Below, piece after piece: positions 1 through 8,245 of a stretch of 64,000 nt of DNA. The DNA comes from Candidatus Chisholmbacteria bacterium (GTDB lineage Bacteria > Patescibacteriota > Microgenomatia > UBA1400 > Chisholmbacteraceae): NCBI GenBank assembly GCA_963704905.1, contig CAVPHZ010000001.1, positions 387,438 through 451,437 of the forward strand, written 5' to 3'. The translations under genes were made by a program, and so were the position numbers. Within the stretch, counting starts at the first letter, position 1. The number at the start of each line of letters is the position of its first letter. Below the pieces are notes generated by a model. That model searched no databases and was not told where the DNA came from. It saw only the letters and a list, made by a program, of their open reading frames with translations.

Positions 1-99
1 CTTCAACCAATGCCAGCGATATTGCCCGGAGCGTTTCCTATCAAGCGGCGGCTGCGGATGAGGATAGGCGAATCATCGTGTCCGTGACAGGAGATCTGA

Positions 100-1356
100 T
101 TGCTCTTGAGGATGATAAAGCGCAGGCGGAGGATGATCGTCAACGCTTGGCAGTGCTCCAGTCTCAGCTTGATAAAGAGGCTGGAATTTTTCCGCGGAGA
201 AATATCGGAGGCAAAGGAGTATCAGTCGTCTTTGTCGAGTAAAATTGCCGAGCTTAACGCACGGCAGCAGGCGATTTTGCAGGGAAAGTCAGGAACATTT
301 ACATCGAGTGTGGGTGAGGTGCCGATTAGCAGCATCCCCTGTTCCGGTCCGCCAGGTAGCCCGGTATATTGCGGTCCTGGGGGTGGACATTTTGCTGTCT
401 TTTCCTTTGGTGCTTGGACACATCGAAAGGGTATGAGTCAATATGGTGCGAAGGGTCGGGCTGAAGCAGGACATAATGTGAATGACATTATTAATTCGTA
501 CTATGGACGCAGTCCAGTCGGCAAAGATACTGGCGGATCGATTTCGGTAGAAGGTTATGGCGATTTGGATTTCGAGGATTATTATCTTATGGGGATTGCT
601 GAAATGCCGTCGAGTTGGCCGATTGAGGCGCTTAAGGCACAGGCGATTGCGGCGAGGAGCTTTGCCCAGCGGTATCGGGATCAAGGTAGAAGTATTTGTA
701 CGACTCAATCCTGCCAAGTTTTTTCCCAATCGAAGGCTAACAATCCACCAGGTGAGTGGCGGAGGGCGGTAGAGGAGACGCGCGGACAAGTGATTGAGGA
801 GGTGGTTGGCTATTATTCGTCGACTGCAGGTGGCTATCTTACCTATCCGAGTGGAAAATGGGATACGACTGATGGACAAGGCGGAGACGGATTTCCCAGC
901 CGGGCGTGGGAAAGTAAAGCAGGGAGTCCTTGGTTTTACAGTTCTTGGTACACCCAGTCATACACCTCAAGCTCTGCAACTTGCGGGCGGAGTCATCCAT
1001 GGCTTTCAGGTGAGGAGATGGCAGATATTCTCAATGCATGGTTAGTGCTGGCAAATGGTGGTGATGATCGGATTATGCCGACAACCATTAATGAGTGCTC
1101 TATTGGTGGGGCAAGCGGAAATCCGTATAGCATGTCAGAGCTTCGAGATCGCGCTAACTCTTTTGGAGGAGCATATACCTCGGTTGATTCCGCAACTGTT
1201 GTCTATTCCAATAGTGGTGACACTGCTTCCGTGACGTTTGGTACCAATCGAGGGTCGGTGACTATTTCTGGAAGTGAGTTTAAACAAGCGTTTAATTTAC
1301 GAGCTCCAGGTTATATTTCTATATTGAGTCCTTTATTTAATATTGAAAAATCATAG
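100..1356 (+). CDS. SpoIID/LytB-domain protein (amidase enhancer-like); N-terminus probably continues from the frame-3 ORF that ends at 242, via a frameshift
   Basis: Conserved SpoIID motif GMSQYGAKGRAEAGHNVNDII plus downstream SpoIID-like region. The frame-1 ORF begins with TTG right after a stop. A coiled-coil-like ORF in frame 3 (1..242) runs in from upstream, and a coiled-coil segment continues in frame 1. Confidence 0.6.
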   Translation: MLLRMIKRRRRMIVNAWQCSSLSLIKRLEFFRGEISEAKEYQSSLSSKIAELNARQQAILQGKSGTFTSSVGEVPISSIPCSGPPGSPVYCGPGGGHFAVFSFGAWTHRKGMSQYGAKGRAEAGHNVNDIINSYYGRSPVGKDTGGSISVEGYGDLDFEDYYLMGIAEMPSSWPIEALKAQAIAARSFAQRYRDQGRSICTTQSCQVFSQSKANNPPGEWRRAVEETRGQVIEEVVGYYSSTAGGYLTYPSGKWDTTDGQGGDGFPSRAWESKAGSPWFYSSWYTQSYTSSSATCGRSHPWLSGEEMADILNAWLVLANGGDDRIMPTTINECSIGGASGNPYSMSELRDRANSFGGAYTSVDSATVVYSNSGDTASVTFGTNRGSVTISGSEFKQAFNLRAPGYISILSPLFNIEKS

Positions 1357-1383
1357 ATGATAAATAGAAGTAAGGAGTAATCG

Positions 1384-2088
1384 ATGCCGACGGTCTATGA
1401 TGCATCATCTCGCAACCACGATAAAAGGAACCGACGTGCTGGCTTAGACAAAGATCGATCTGGTAGTTCATCATTGAAAGAGCATCCTCGCCTTTCTGTG
1501 CCAGAGAGCGTCAAATATGAGAAACCGACGAAACGTTCTCTATCGGCGTACGTGGTGAAGCCTAATCACATTCGTTTTGAAACACAAGATCGTCAAGAAA
1601 AGATTGTTTTGCTGTTGCGACGACATGTGATTACTAATCTCTCATGGATTTTCGTTTCTGGCTTTTTATCGATTCTTCCAGTTTTTTTACTAATCTTTCC
1701 TGATTTACATGATTTTCCCATGCGATATGTGACTGTATTTGTTGTCATGTGGTATCTGTTTGTTACCGCATACGTTTTTGAGCATTTTTTAAGTTGGTAC
1801 TACAACGTGTATATCATTACCGATGAGCGAATCGTTGATGTTGATTTTCATTCATTGCTTTACAAAGAGGTCTCTCAAGCAAAAATTGATAATATCCAAG
1901 ACGTTACTTTTGTCATGGGTGGAGTGGTCCGGGCGATGTTGAATTTTGGAACTGTCTATATTCAAACTGCAGGGGAAAAGCTAGAGTTTGACTTTGAAGA
2001 TGTACCGCATCCAGACCGAATCGCAAAAATATTAAATGAACTTATGCTTGAAGAGGAACAGGAAAAACTGGAAGGCAGGGTGCGATAG
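1384..2088 (+). CDS. Membrane protein with bacterial PH-like (YdbS/YdbT, bPH_2-like) domain
   Basis: Two N-terminal TM helices followed by DERIVDVDFHSL...GTVYIQTAGEKLEFDFEDV, a pattern typical of bPH_2 domains. Confidence 0.45.
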   Translation: MPTVYDASSRNHDKRNRRAGLDKDRSGSSSLKEHPRLSVPESVKYEKPTKRSLSAYVVKPNHIRFETQDRQEKIVLLLRRHVITNLSWIFVSGFLSILPVFLLIFPDLHDFPMRYVTVFVVMWYLFVTAYVFEHFLSWYYNVYIITDERIVDVDFHSLLYKEVSQAKIDNIQDVTFVMGGVVRAMLNFGTVYIQTAGEKLEFDFEDVPHPDRIAKILNELMLEEEQEKLEGRVR

Positions 2089-2108
2089 TCACAGCATATT
2101 TCTAAAAG

Positions 2109-2354
2109 GTGGATTGGTTTATGGATATTGCTACACTCACATTTACAATCAACGAGGGAGCGCTGATTTTTGTTAAATTGATTGTGTTATTTAGTTTACT
2201 TATGTATCTCTCGTTTTCGATTGTGGTCATTCGGCAGGCTCAGCTGATGACCCGAACTGTTACTGGGGAACTTGACCGGGTCATTCAGGTTCTTTCTTGG
2301 GTGCTCTTTGTAATTAGTGCCGGTATCTTTATTGTAGCTCTCATCATTCTTTAA
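2109..2354 (+). CDS. Small two-TM membrane protein (hypothetical)
   Basis: 81 aa ORF dominated by two hydrophobic helices, tightly spaced after the upstream gene. Confidence 0.4.
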   Translation: MDWFMDIATLTFTINEGALIFVKLIVLFSLLMYLSFSIVVIRQAQLMTRTVTGELDRVIQVLSWVLFVISAGIFIVALIIL

Positions 2355-2374
2355 AAACTTTATTTTAATATGTC

Positions 2375-4375
2375 ATGAATGGCACTAAAGAGATCTTTAC
2401 AACAGCGTCGGTGGTAGGTGTTGCCAGCGAGTCAGTTTGGACTCAAGTTCATTGCTATTCTCCAACTCGCACAAAACTAGACAGTCATGGGTCGCTCTTG
2501 CTGGCTGTTTGTGTTCGAAACCAGTCATCGGATATTACGGATCTGGCTTCTGTTGGCAAGGAGATTATCGATCAGATTCAAGATAATTATTATGGAGATT
2601 CATTAGAATCATATTCTCCTCTAACTTCTCTTACAGAGTCCATAGCGGAGATTGTTCATGATGCTGGTTCTTTTTCGGTTGAGGTTGTTGCAGGAGTTCT
2701 TCGACGCTCGGATGAGAGCAAAACTACGATGGAACTTTCTTTAGTGTCTGCTGGTTTTTCCTCGGTGGTTTTGCTACGGTCTGGAAAAATGTATCGATTA
2801 CTTCCCGAGGATCAGACAGGTGCTTCCCGCCAAACTGTGCGGAACTCTCAGGGTATAATGATTCCTTCTGATATTCTCCTTTTAGGAACAGGTGATTTTT
2901 TTAAGGCTGTTTCAGCAGACGATCTCTATCAAGGTCTTTCGACTCAACAGCCTTCTGAGGCGAGTTCTTTCTTTGCGCCTTTGGTACATGGCACTGATCA
3001 GTATCATGGTGCAGCTGCGATTATTGCCTGTTTTGATGAGAGCAACTATCATCAAGAAGAGGATTTTGAACAGGTTACGCAAGATCGCTCTGATCATGAG
3101 CGGTCAAGGCAATCTTTTTTTTCGGCTGATTCTGTCTCTTTCCCTGGACGCTTTGGTAGTGCTTTTGCCCCCGTTGGTACATTGTTGACTAAGATATTTC
3201 GAAGACCTCAGCGTGTTTACTCTCAAGATATGGGGACAGTTGATTCTCGGTCAGCTCAACGTAAGACGCGGTTGATGTATAGCGTTGCTGGTGTGGTTCT
3301 GTTTCTTCTTTTTGCTAGCGTGTTTTTTGGTTGGCGGCATCGTATGAAGCAGAAGCGATTGGAAGCATTTTCTTCGGTATGGGAAATCGCTGATCATCAG
3401 TATGCTGAGGCGCTTTCACTTGCTGATCTCAACCCGTTGCGTGCTCGAGCTTTACTTTCTGAGGCTCAAATTAGTCTCGATGGCACGATAGCTGATGAGG
3501 GTTTGGGATTTTCAGATACTCAGAAGACTCAACTTGCTGAACGAGCGGATGAGCTGGTTCGAGCGCTGGCACAAATTTCAGGTGAGTACCGGGTTGAAGA
3601 GGCGGAGATCTTTTTAGACTTAACCCTTGTCCGCCCTGATACTCGCGGAGATGTCATTGATCTTTTTGGAGATATTCTTGTCATATTGGATCGTCAGTCT
3701 GGTGTCTTGCTTCGTATCGATGCGTCCAATAAATCGGCTGAAACGGTAGGTGGGGGAACACTTCTTAATGATAGCTCACACGTTGCAGTTACTTCTGGAA
3801 GAGGATATGTTTTGTCGAGCTCGGGAGTTGTTGAAGTCTCTTTGGCACAAAAAACAAGTGCATTGGTTATTGAAGACGATTCTGCCTGGGGAGAAATCGT
3901 TGACTTGGCTGCATTTTCTGGAAACATCTACCTTCTTGATCGAGGGAATGGAGATATCTATCGCTATCAGAGCTCTGAGGGAGGATTTGGATCGCGGAGG
4001 CGATGGTTGGGTTCGGGTGTTTTTCCAGATTTTTCTTCGGCACGTTCGCTAACAATTGATGGTGATATTTGGGTTTTGACTACTGATTCAGTGCTGCGGT
4101 TTCGCCGCGGTGTTTCAGAGAATTTTCGAATCTCAGGACTTGATGTTCCCTTTACTGATCCGATTGCTATTTTTACAGAGTCTGATAGTGAGCGTGTGTT
4201 CGTTCTGGACCGAGGTAATACCCGCGTCGTCGTTTTTGATAAAGGTGGGGAATATCGCTCCCAATATTTATGGGAAGGGATTGCTTCCGTTTCGGATATG
4301 GTTGTACATGAAGAGGAGGGAAAGATATTCCTTTTATCAGGTAAACTTATTTATAGCATTCCGCTGAGAGAATAG
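2375..4375 (+). CDS. Hypothetical membrane protein: cytoplasmic PP2C/SpoIIE-like domain, single TM, extracytoplasmic NHL-like beta-propeller repeats
   Basis: N-terminal ~290 aa follow a PP2C/SpoIIE-like pattern (SVEVVAGVLRR...LVSAGFSSVVLLRSGK...DILLLGTGDF). TM helix LMYSVAGVVLFLLFASVFFGW. C-terminal repeats such as IYLLDRGNGDIYRY and VFVLDRGNTRVVVFDKGGEY resemble NHL repeats. Confidence 0.4.
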   Translation: MNGTKEIFTTASVVGVASESVWTQVHCYSPTRTKLDSHGSLLLAVCVRNQSSDITDLASVGKEIIDQIQDNYYGDSLESYSPLTSLTESIAEIVHDAGSFSVEVVAGVLRRSDESKTTMELSLVSAGFSSVVLLRSGKMYRLLPEDQTGASRQTVRNSQGIMIPSDILLLGTGDFFKAVSADDLYQGLSTQQPSEASSFFAPLVHGTDQYHGAAAIIACFDESNYHQEEDFEQVTQDRSDHERSRQSFFSADSVSFPGRFGSAFAPVGTLLTKIFRRPQRVYSQDMGTVDSRSAQRKTRLMYSVAGVVLFLLFASVFFGWRHRMKQKRLEAFSSVWEIADHQYAEALSLADLNPLRARALLSEAQISLDGTIADEGLGFSDTQKTQLAERADELVRALAQISGEYRVEEAEIFLDLTLVRPDTRGDVIDLFGDILVILDRQSGVLLRIDASNKSAETVGGGTLLNDSSHVAVTSGRGYVLSSSGVVEVSLAQKTSALVIEDDSAWGEIVDLAAFSGNIYLLDRGNGDIYRYQSSEGGFGSRRRWLGSGVFPDFSSARSLTIDGDIWVLTTDSVLRFRRGVSENFRISGLDVPFTDPIAIFTESDSERVFVLDRGNTRVVVFDKGGEYRSQYLWEGIASVSDMVVHEEEGKIFLLSGKLIYSIPLRE

Positions 4376-4412
4376 ATCTTTATTTAATACGACAATGTTT
4401 TTCTGGTGAATT

Positions 4413-4856
4413 ATGCGGTTAGTGAATCGACGAGCCAAACACGATTATCATATTTTGAAAGAGATTGAGGTGGGTGTTGTGCTCACAGGGGCTGAGGTGA
4501 AGAGCCTTCGGGCCGGACGAGGAACGCTTTCTGAAGCGTTTGCCAAGATTACTAATGGAGAAGTGTGGATTTACAATTTTAATATTCCATCTTATCAACA
4601 CGCTGATCATCGCGGATATGATCCTTCGAGATCAAGAAAGCTTCTTCTTCATAAGAAGCAAATTCTCTCCCTTGAGCATATGATTTCCGGGAAACGATTG
4701 ACTCTCATACCTCTGGTATGTTATACTACAGGACGTTACGTGAAGGTGAGGCTTGGATTAGGTCGAGGAAAGAAAGCATTTGAGAAACGAGAGAAGAAGA
4801 AAAGGAAAGATATCGAGAGAGAAATGGAACGAACACTGAAGCATTCATCTCACTAA
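4413..4856 (+). CDS. smpB: SsrA-binding protein SmpB
   Basis: Full-length match to the SmpB pattern (KHDYHILKEIEVGVVLTGAEVKSLR...GKRLTLIPLVCY...GRGKK). tmRNA lies immediately downstream. Confidence 0.9.
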   Translation: MRLVNRRAKHDYHILKEIEVGVVLTGAEVKSLRAGRGTLSEAFAKITNGEVWIYNFNIPSYQHADHRGYDPSRSRKLLLHKKQILSLEHMISGKRLTLIPLVCYTTGRYVKVRLGLGRGKKAFEKREKKKRKDIEREMERTLKHSSH

Positions 4857-4861
4857 CTTAT

Positions 4862-5275
4862 GGGGATGTATTGATTCGACGTGATGGGCACTTTAACATC
4901 TGCAAGCCTCCGTCAGCTCATCGGAGTAAAACAAGCTACACACAAAAACTGTCGACACTATTGTTGCCAGAGCAAAGGAATCTGCACGTAGTGCTTTTGC
5001 CTATGTCGCAAGCGCCTTTGTCCCAGCTGCTCCTGCATACGCAGTAGCCTAAGGGCATTCATCTCATGTTTTTCTCGGTGAACAGAGATGGGTGAGAACC
5101 TAGCCGAGATGCAATCTCTCTGCTTGAGGTAGCTGAGAAGATGAAGCTATTAACCTCGACTTTATCCTTTTGATCTGGTAATTGGTCTGGATAAAGGATT
5201 TTCAATTACCTACGCTTGTAGATGGTGTTATCGCACCCTTTACGGACGCCGGGTCATTCCCGGCCATCTCCACCA
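4862..5275 (+). ncRNA. ssrA: tmRNA (transfer-messenger RNA, SsrA)
   Basis: 5' end GGGGATGTATTGATTCGACG matches the conserved tmRNA start. 3' end GGACGCCGGGTCATTCCCGGCCATCTCCACCA forms a T-arm and acceptor pairing with the 5' GGGGATG, and CCA is encoded. Internal tag reading frame ~5008..5049 encodes ASAFVPAAPAYAVA followed by TAA. Located directly after smpB. Confidence 0.8.
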
Positions 5276-5358
5276 ATTTGCACATAGTGATAAGTGATGC
5301 CATTACAATTACCACTTCGCTGTCAGGGTAGGTGGTTTTTTCTTGGTAGACTGTATGT

Positions 5359-6141
5359 ATGTTGCTTCAACTTCTTTTTCCTAAGCGATGTGTTGGGTGT
5401 AGTAGATTTGGGTTTTATATTTGTGATGGTTGTGCTGTTTCTTTTCCTTTGGCTCGAGCAATATGCCCCATTTGCCGAAAAGCCTCGATTGGTGGTGTCA
5501 CACATGCTGGTTGTCAGAGACGATATGGTTTGGACGGGTTGGTGAATATCTTTCCGTATCGGGGAATGATGCGAGTCGCGATCAAGCAGCTCAAATACCG
5601 ATTTGTAAGAGATCTTACTGCACGTATCGTTGAGGTTTCAATGCGTCGAATTGATGATGCTCCTGTTTCCTTTTTTCAACGTGAGAAGTTTGTTGTTGTA
5701 CCTGTACCTTTACATCCAAAGCGAGAGCGATGGCGAGGTTTTAATCAAGCAGGTGTTTTGGGAGAACGAATTGCTGCAATACTTTCTTTGGATTACAAGA
5801 ACGCGATGATGAGAGTGAGTCATACAGATGCGTTGGCTGAACTTACTGTGCGATTAGCATCTAAGGAAAGAGCGGAAATTGTCCGGAAATATCAATCGAA
5901 AACACAACAAAAAGAAGCAATAAAAAAATTACTTAGAAGTAAAAAAGAGGATCTTCGTCGAATGCAGATGAAAGGAGCATTTGATTTAGCTGAGAACATT
6001 GATGATGTTCGTGGGCAGCGCATTGTGATTGTGGATGATGTTTGGACGAGTGGAGCAACTGTGATGGAATGCGCCAAAGTTCTTAAACATTCAGGAGCTC
6101 TCACGGTATGGGGACTGACGCTTGCGAGGAGCGGAGCATAG
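5359..6141 (+). CDS. comF: ComF-family protein (phosphoribosyltransferase domain, competence protein F)
   Basis: N-terminal Cys pairs (CVGCSRF..CDGC, CPICRK), a PRTase-type motif IVIVDDVWTSGATV near the C-terminus, and an internal charged coiled insertion. Confidence 0.75.
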   Translation: MLLQLLFPKRCVGCSRFGFYICDGCAVSFPLARAICPICRKASIGGVTHAGCQRRYGLDGLVNIFPYRGMMRVAIKQLKYRFVRDLTARIVEVSMRRIDDAPVSFFQREKFVVVPVPLHPKRERWRGFNQAGVLGERIAAILSLDYKNAMMRVSHTDALAELTVRLASKERAEIVRKYQSKTQQKEAIKKLLRSKKEDLRRMQMKGAFDLAENIDDVRGQRIVIVDDVWTSGATVMECAKVLKHSGALTVWGLTLARSGA

Positions 6142-6149
6142 GTTTCTGA

Positions 6150-6158
6150 TGCTATAAT
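6150..6158 (+). promoter_or_regulatory. Extended -10 promoter element TGCTATAAT upstream of tRNA-Ser(TGA)
   Basis: TGnTATAAT match 20 nt upstream of the tRNA. The same motif class recurs at 6286, 7090, 9902, 11745, 26109 and 52061. Confidence 0.5.
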
Positions 6159-6177
6159 TTGTGCCATCTCGTGCTAC

Positions 6178-6264
6178 GGTGGGGTGCCGGAGCGGTTTAA
6201 CGGCACGGTCTTGAAAACCGCTGGAGTTGAAAGACTCACGTGGGTTCGAATCCCACCCCCACCG
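6178..6264 (+). tRNA. tRNA-Ser (anticodon TGA), type II with long variable arm
   Basis: Acceptor GGTGGGG/CCCCACC, anticodon loop CTTGAAA, long variable arm, T-loop GGTTCGAATCC. Confidence 0.8.
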
Positions 6265-6285
6265 CTCTACTTCTTACCCATCTGT

Positions 6286-6294
6286 TGCTATAAT
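6286..6294 (+). promoter_or_regulatory. Extended -10 element TGCTATAAT upstream of tRNA-Ser(GCT)
   Basis: Motif lies 10 nt upstream of the mature tRNA 5' end. Confidence 0.5.
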
Positions 6295-6303
6295 GTTTTC
6301 AAT

Positions 6304-6388
6304 GGAGGCGTCGCATAGCGGCCAATTGCACAGGTTTGCTAAACCTGAACCCTTTTGGGTTACGTGGGTTCGAATCCCACCGCCTCCG
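6304..6388 (+). tRNA. tRNA-Ser (anticodon GCT)
   Basis: Acceptor GGAGGCG/CGCCTCC, anticodon stem CAGGT/ACCTG with loop TTGCTAA, long variable arm, GGTTCGAATCC T-loop. Confidence 0.8.
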
Positions 6389-6424
6389 CTGAGGGAGAAT
6401 TACTACTATCAATTTTAGGAGTCT

Positions 6425-7045
6425 ATGGCTACACAAAAACCACAAAAACCGCTAAAACAGCAGATAGTTCGAGATACAAGAACCTCCCAAAAAATTAAGG
6501 ATGAAAATGTCGTTGGACAAGTAAGCGCTGCCGTTGATGAAGGTCTGGTTGGTGAGGAAGTAGTACTTTATCGATGGGAGGCGCCAGTTCGTCCATTTAA
6601 AAAACGAGATCGGGATTATTACACCACGATCGCATCGATAGCGTTTTTTGTTGTGATCATACTTGTTTTTCTAAAAGAATTTTTACTGATTGCTGTTGTT
6701 GTTTCATTTGCGTTTGTTGCTTATGTTCTGGCTGCCATTCCTCCTGAAAAAACCGATCATAAGCTCACCAATCGAGGAATTCGGACTGCTGATAAGTTGT
6801 ACAGATGGGGAGACTTGGTGAGATATTGGTTTACTAAGAAGTACAATCAACAAATGATCCATGTTCAGACATCAATGGTATTTCCAGGGCAGTTATTATT
6901 ACTTCTAGATAAAGCAGATGAAAAGAAGATTAAGGTGATATTCAATGAACGACTCCCTTATGAAGAGCCTGAGCCGACTTTTATGGATAAGAGTGCCACA
7001 TGGCTGTCTGAGAAGGTTCCTTTAGAAAGAGAGCAGTCAGAATAA
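6425..7045 (+). CDS. Hypothetical membrane protein
   Basis: 206 aa ORF with two central TM helices. No recognisable catalytic motif. Confidence 0.4.
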   Translation: MATQKPQKPLKQQIVRDTRTSQKIKDENVVGQVSAAVDEGLVGEEVVLYRWEAPVRPFKKRDRDYYTTIASIAFFVVIILVFLKEFLLIAVVVSFAFVAYVLAAIPPEKTDHKLTNRGIRTADKLYRWGDLVRYWFTKKYNQQMIHVQTSMVFPGQLLLLLDKADEKKIKVIFNERLPYEEPEPTFMDKSATWLSEKVPLEREQSE

Positions 7046-7089
7046 TTTTCTGTCAGCCCAACTTCTTCATTTGTGAAAATCCTTTCCTC

Positions 7090-7098
7090 TGGTAGAAT
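7090..7098 (+). promoter_or_regulatory. Extended -10 element TGGTAGAAT upstream of tRNA-Arg/Ser/Arg cluster
   Basis: Motif lies 14 nt upstream of the tRNA at 7112. Confidence 0.45.
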
Positions 7099-7111
7099 AC
7101 TTTCTTATATA

Positions 7112-7183
7112 GCCCCTGTAGTTTAATGGACAGAACAGTGGTTTGCGGAACCACCGATGCAGGTTCGATTCCTGCCAGGGGCA
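7112..7183 (+). tRNA. tRNA-Arg (anticodon GCG, tentative)
   Basis: 72-nt cloverleaf: acceptor GCCCCTG/CAGGGGC, D-arm GTTT..GAAC, anticodon stem GTGGT/ACCAC with loop TTGCGGA, T-arm GCAGGTTCGATTCCTGC. Anticodon identity read by hand only. Confidence 0.55.
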
Positions 7184-7227
7184 CTTCGATCCCATATGTG
7201 GGATCTCAGTGCAAGCACTCGATGTTT

Positions 7228-7314
7228 GGTGAGGTGCCGGAGTGGACAAACGGCCAGGTCTCGAAAACCTTGGGAGTTGTAACGCTCACGTGGGTTCGAA
7301 TCCCACCCTCACCG
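7228..7314 (+). tRNA. tRNA-Ser (anticodon CGA)
   Basis: Acceptor GGTGAGG/CCTCACC, anticodon loop CTCGAAA, long variable arm, T-loop GGTTCGAATCC. Confidence 0.8.
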
Positions 7315-7339
7315 CACTATTCGTTTATCAAATACCATT

Positions 7340-7417
<78 letters not shown>

Positions 7418-7457
7418 CTGCATCCCTTTCGGATTTTATGCCGTCAACACTATTAGG

Positions 7458-7982
7458 ATGAATACTTTTAAGACAATAAGTGAGTTTTCAGCTGGTGGAG
7501 TAGTTTACAGACTACACGAAGGTAGTTATTCATGGCTTATTGGGAAGCATAGCGGATATCATAAATGGGTGTTGCCTAAAGGACTGATTGAAAAAGGGGA
7601 AACTGGATTTGAGGCTGCAGTTCGAGAAGTCGAGGAGGAGATGGGGGTTCAGGCTCGAATAGTTTTAGAAAAACCAATATACACAGTGAAGTATGTGTAT
7701 TGGGCGGATTATAAAAATCCAAGTGATTATCAGCAGTCAGATGAAATTCAAGGACGACGGAGAGTAGCGAAGTATCAAGAGCACGGAGGGAAGAAAGTAA
7801 AAGTATTTAAAGTTGTTTCTTTTTTTCTCATGGAGTGTATAGGAGGAGATTCAAATAAACATGACTGGGAGATGGAGGAGGCTGGGTGGTATTTATACGA
7901 AGAAGCTATGAAGAAACTAGATTTTAAAGGTGAGAAAGAGGCACTGCAATATGCTCAAGAAAAACTTCAAGAGTTTACTTGA
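7458..7982 (+). CDS. NUDIX hydrolase
   Basis: Nudix box GLIEKGETGFEAAVREVEEEMGV (GX5EX7REUXEEXGU). Start placed at the internal ATG (MNTFKT...) because the longer ORF-track start overlaps two tRNA genes. Confidence 0.75.
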   Translation: MNTFKTISEFSAGGVVYRLHEGSYSWLIGKHSGYHKWVLPKGLIEKGETGFEAAVREVEEEMGVQARIVLEKPIYTVKYVYWADYKNPSDYQQSDEIQGRRRVAKYQEHGGKKVKVFKVVSFFLMECIGGDSNKHDWEMEEAGWYLYEEAMKKLDFKGEKEALQYAQEKLQEFT

Positions 7983-8099
7983 GTATGGTTGTATTTGCCC
8001 CGCAAAAAAACTTGACTTGTCTGTTTGATCATGAAGTCGTGCCTCACATTTAGGTTTTTTACGGGGCTACCCGCTATTTGTTATACAATTATGGTGCTT

Positions 8100-8184
8100 G
8101 GAGGAGTCGCATAGCGGTCAATTGCACAGGTTTGGAAAACCTGAACCCTTTTGGGTTACGTGGGTTCGAATCCCACCTCCTCCG
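8100..8184 (+). tRNA. tRNA-Ser (anticodon GGA)
   Basis: Acceptor GGAGGAG/CTCCTCC, anticodon stem CAGGT/ACCTG with loop TTGGAAA, long variable arm. Paralogous to the three Ser tRNAs upstream. Confidence 0.8.
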
Positions 8185-8245
8185 CATTGAAATTCTGTAG
8201 ATTGATTACTATCCTCTACTTGTTTTTCGTTATCATGTTGTTGGA

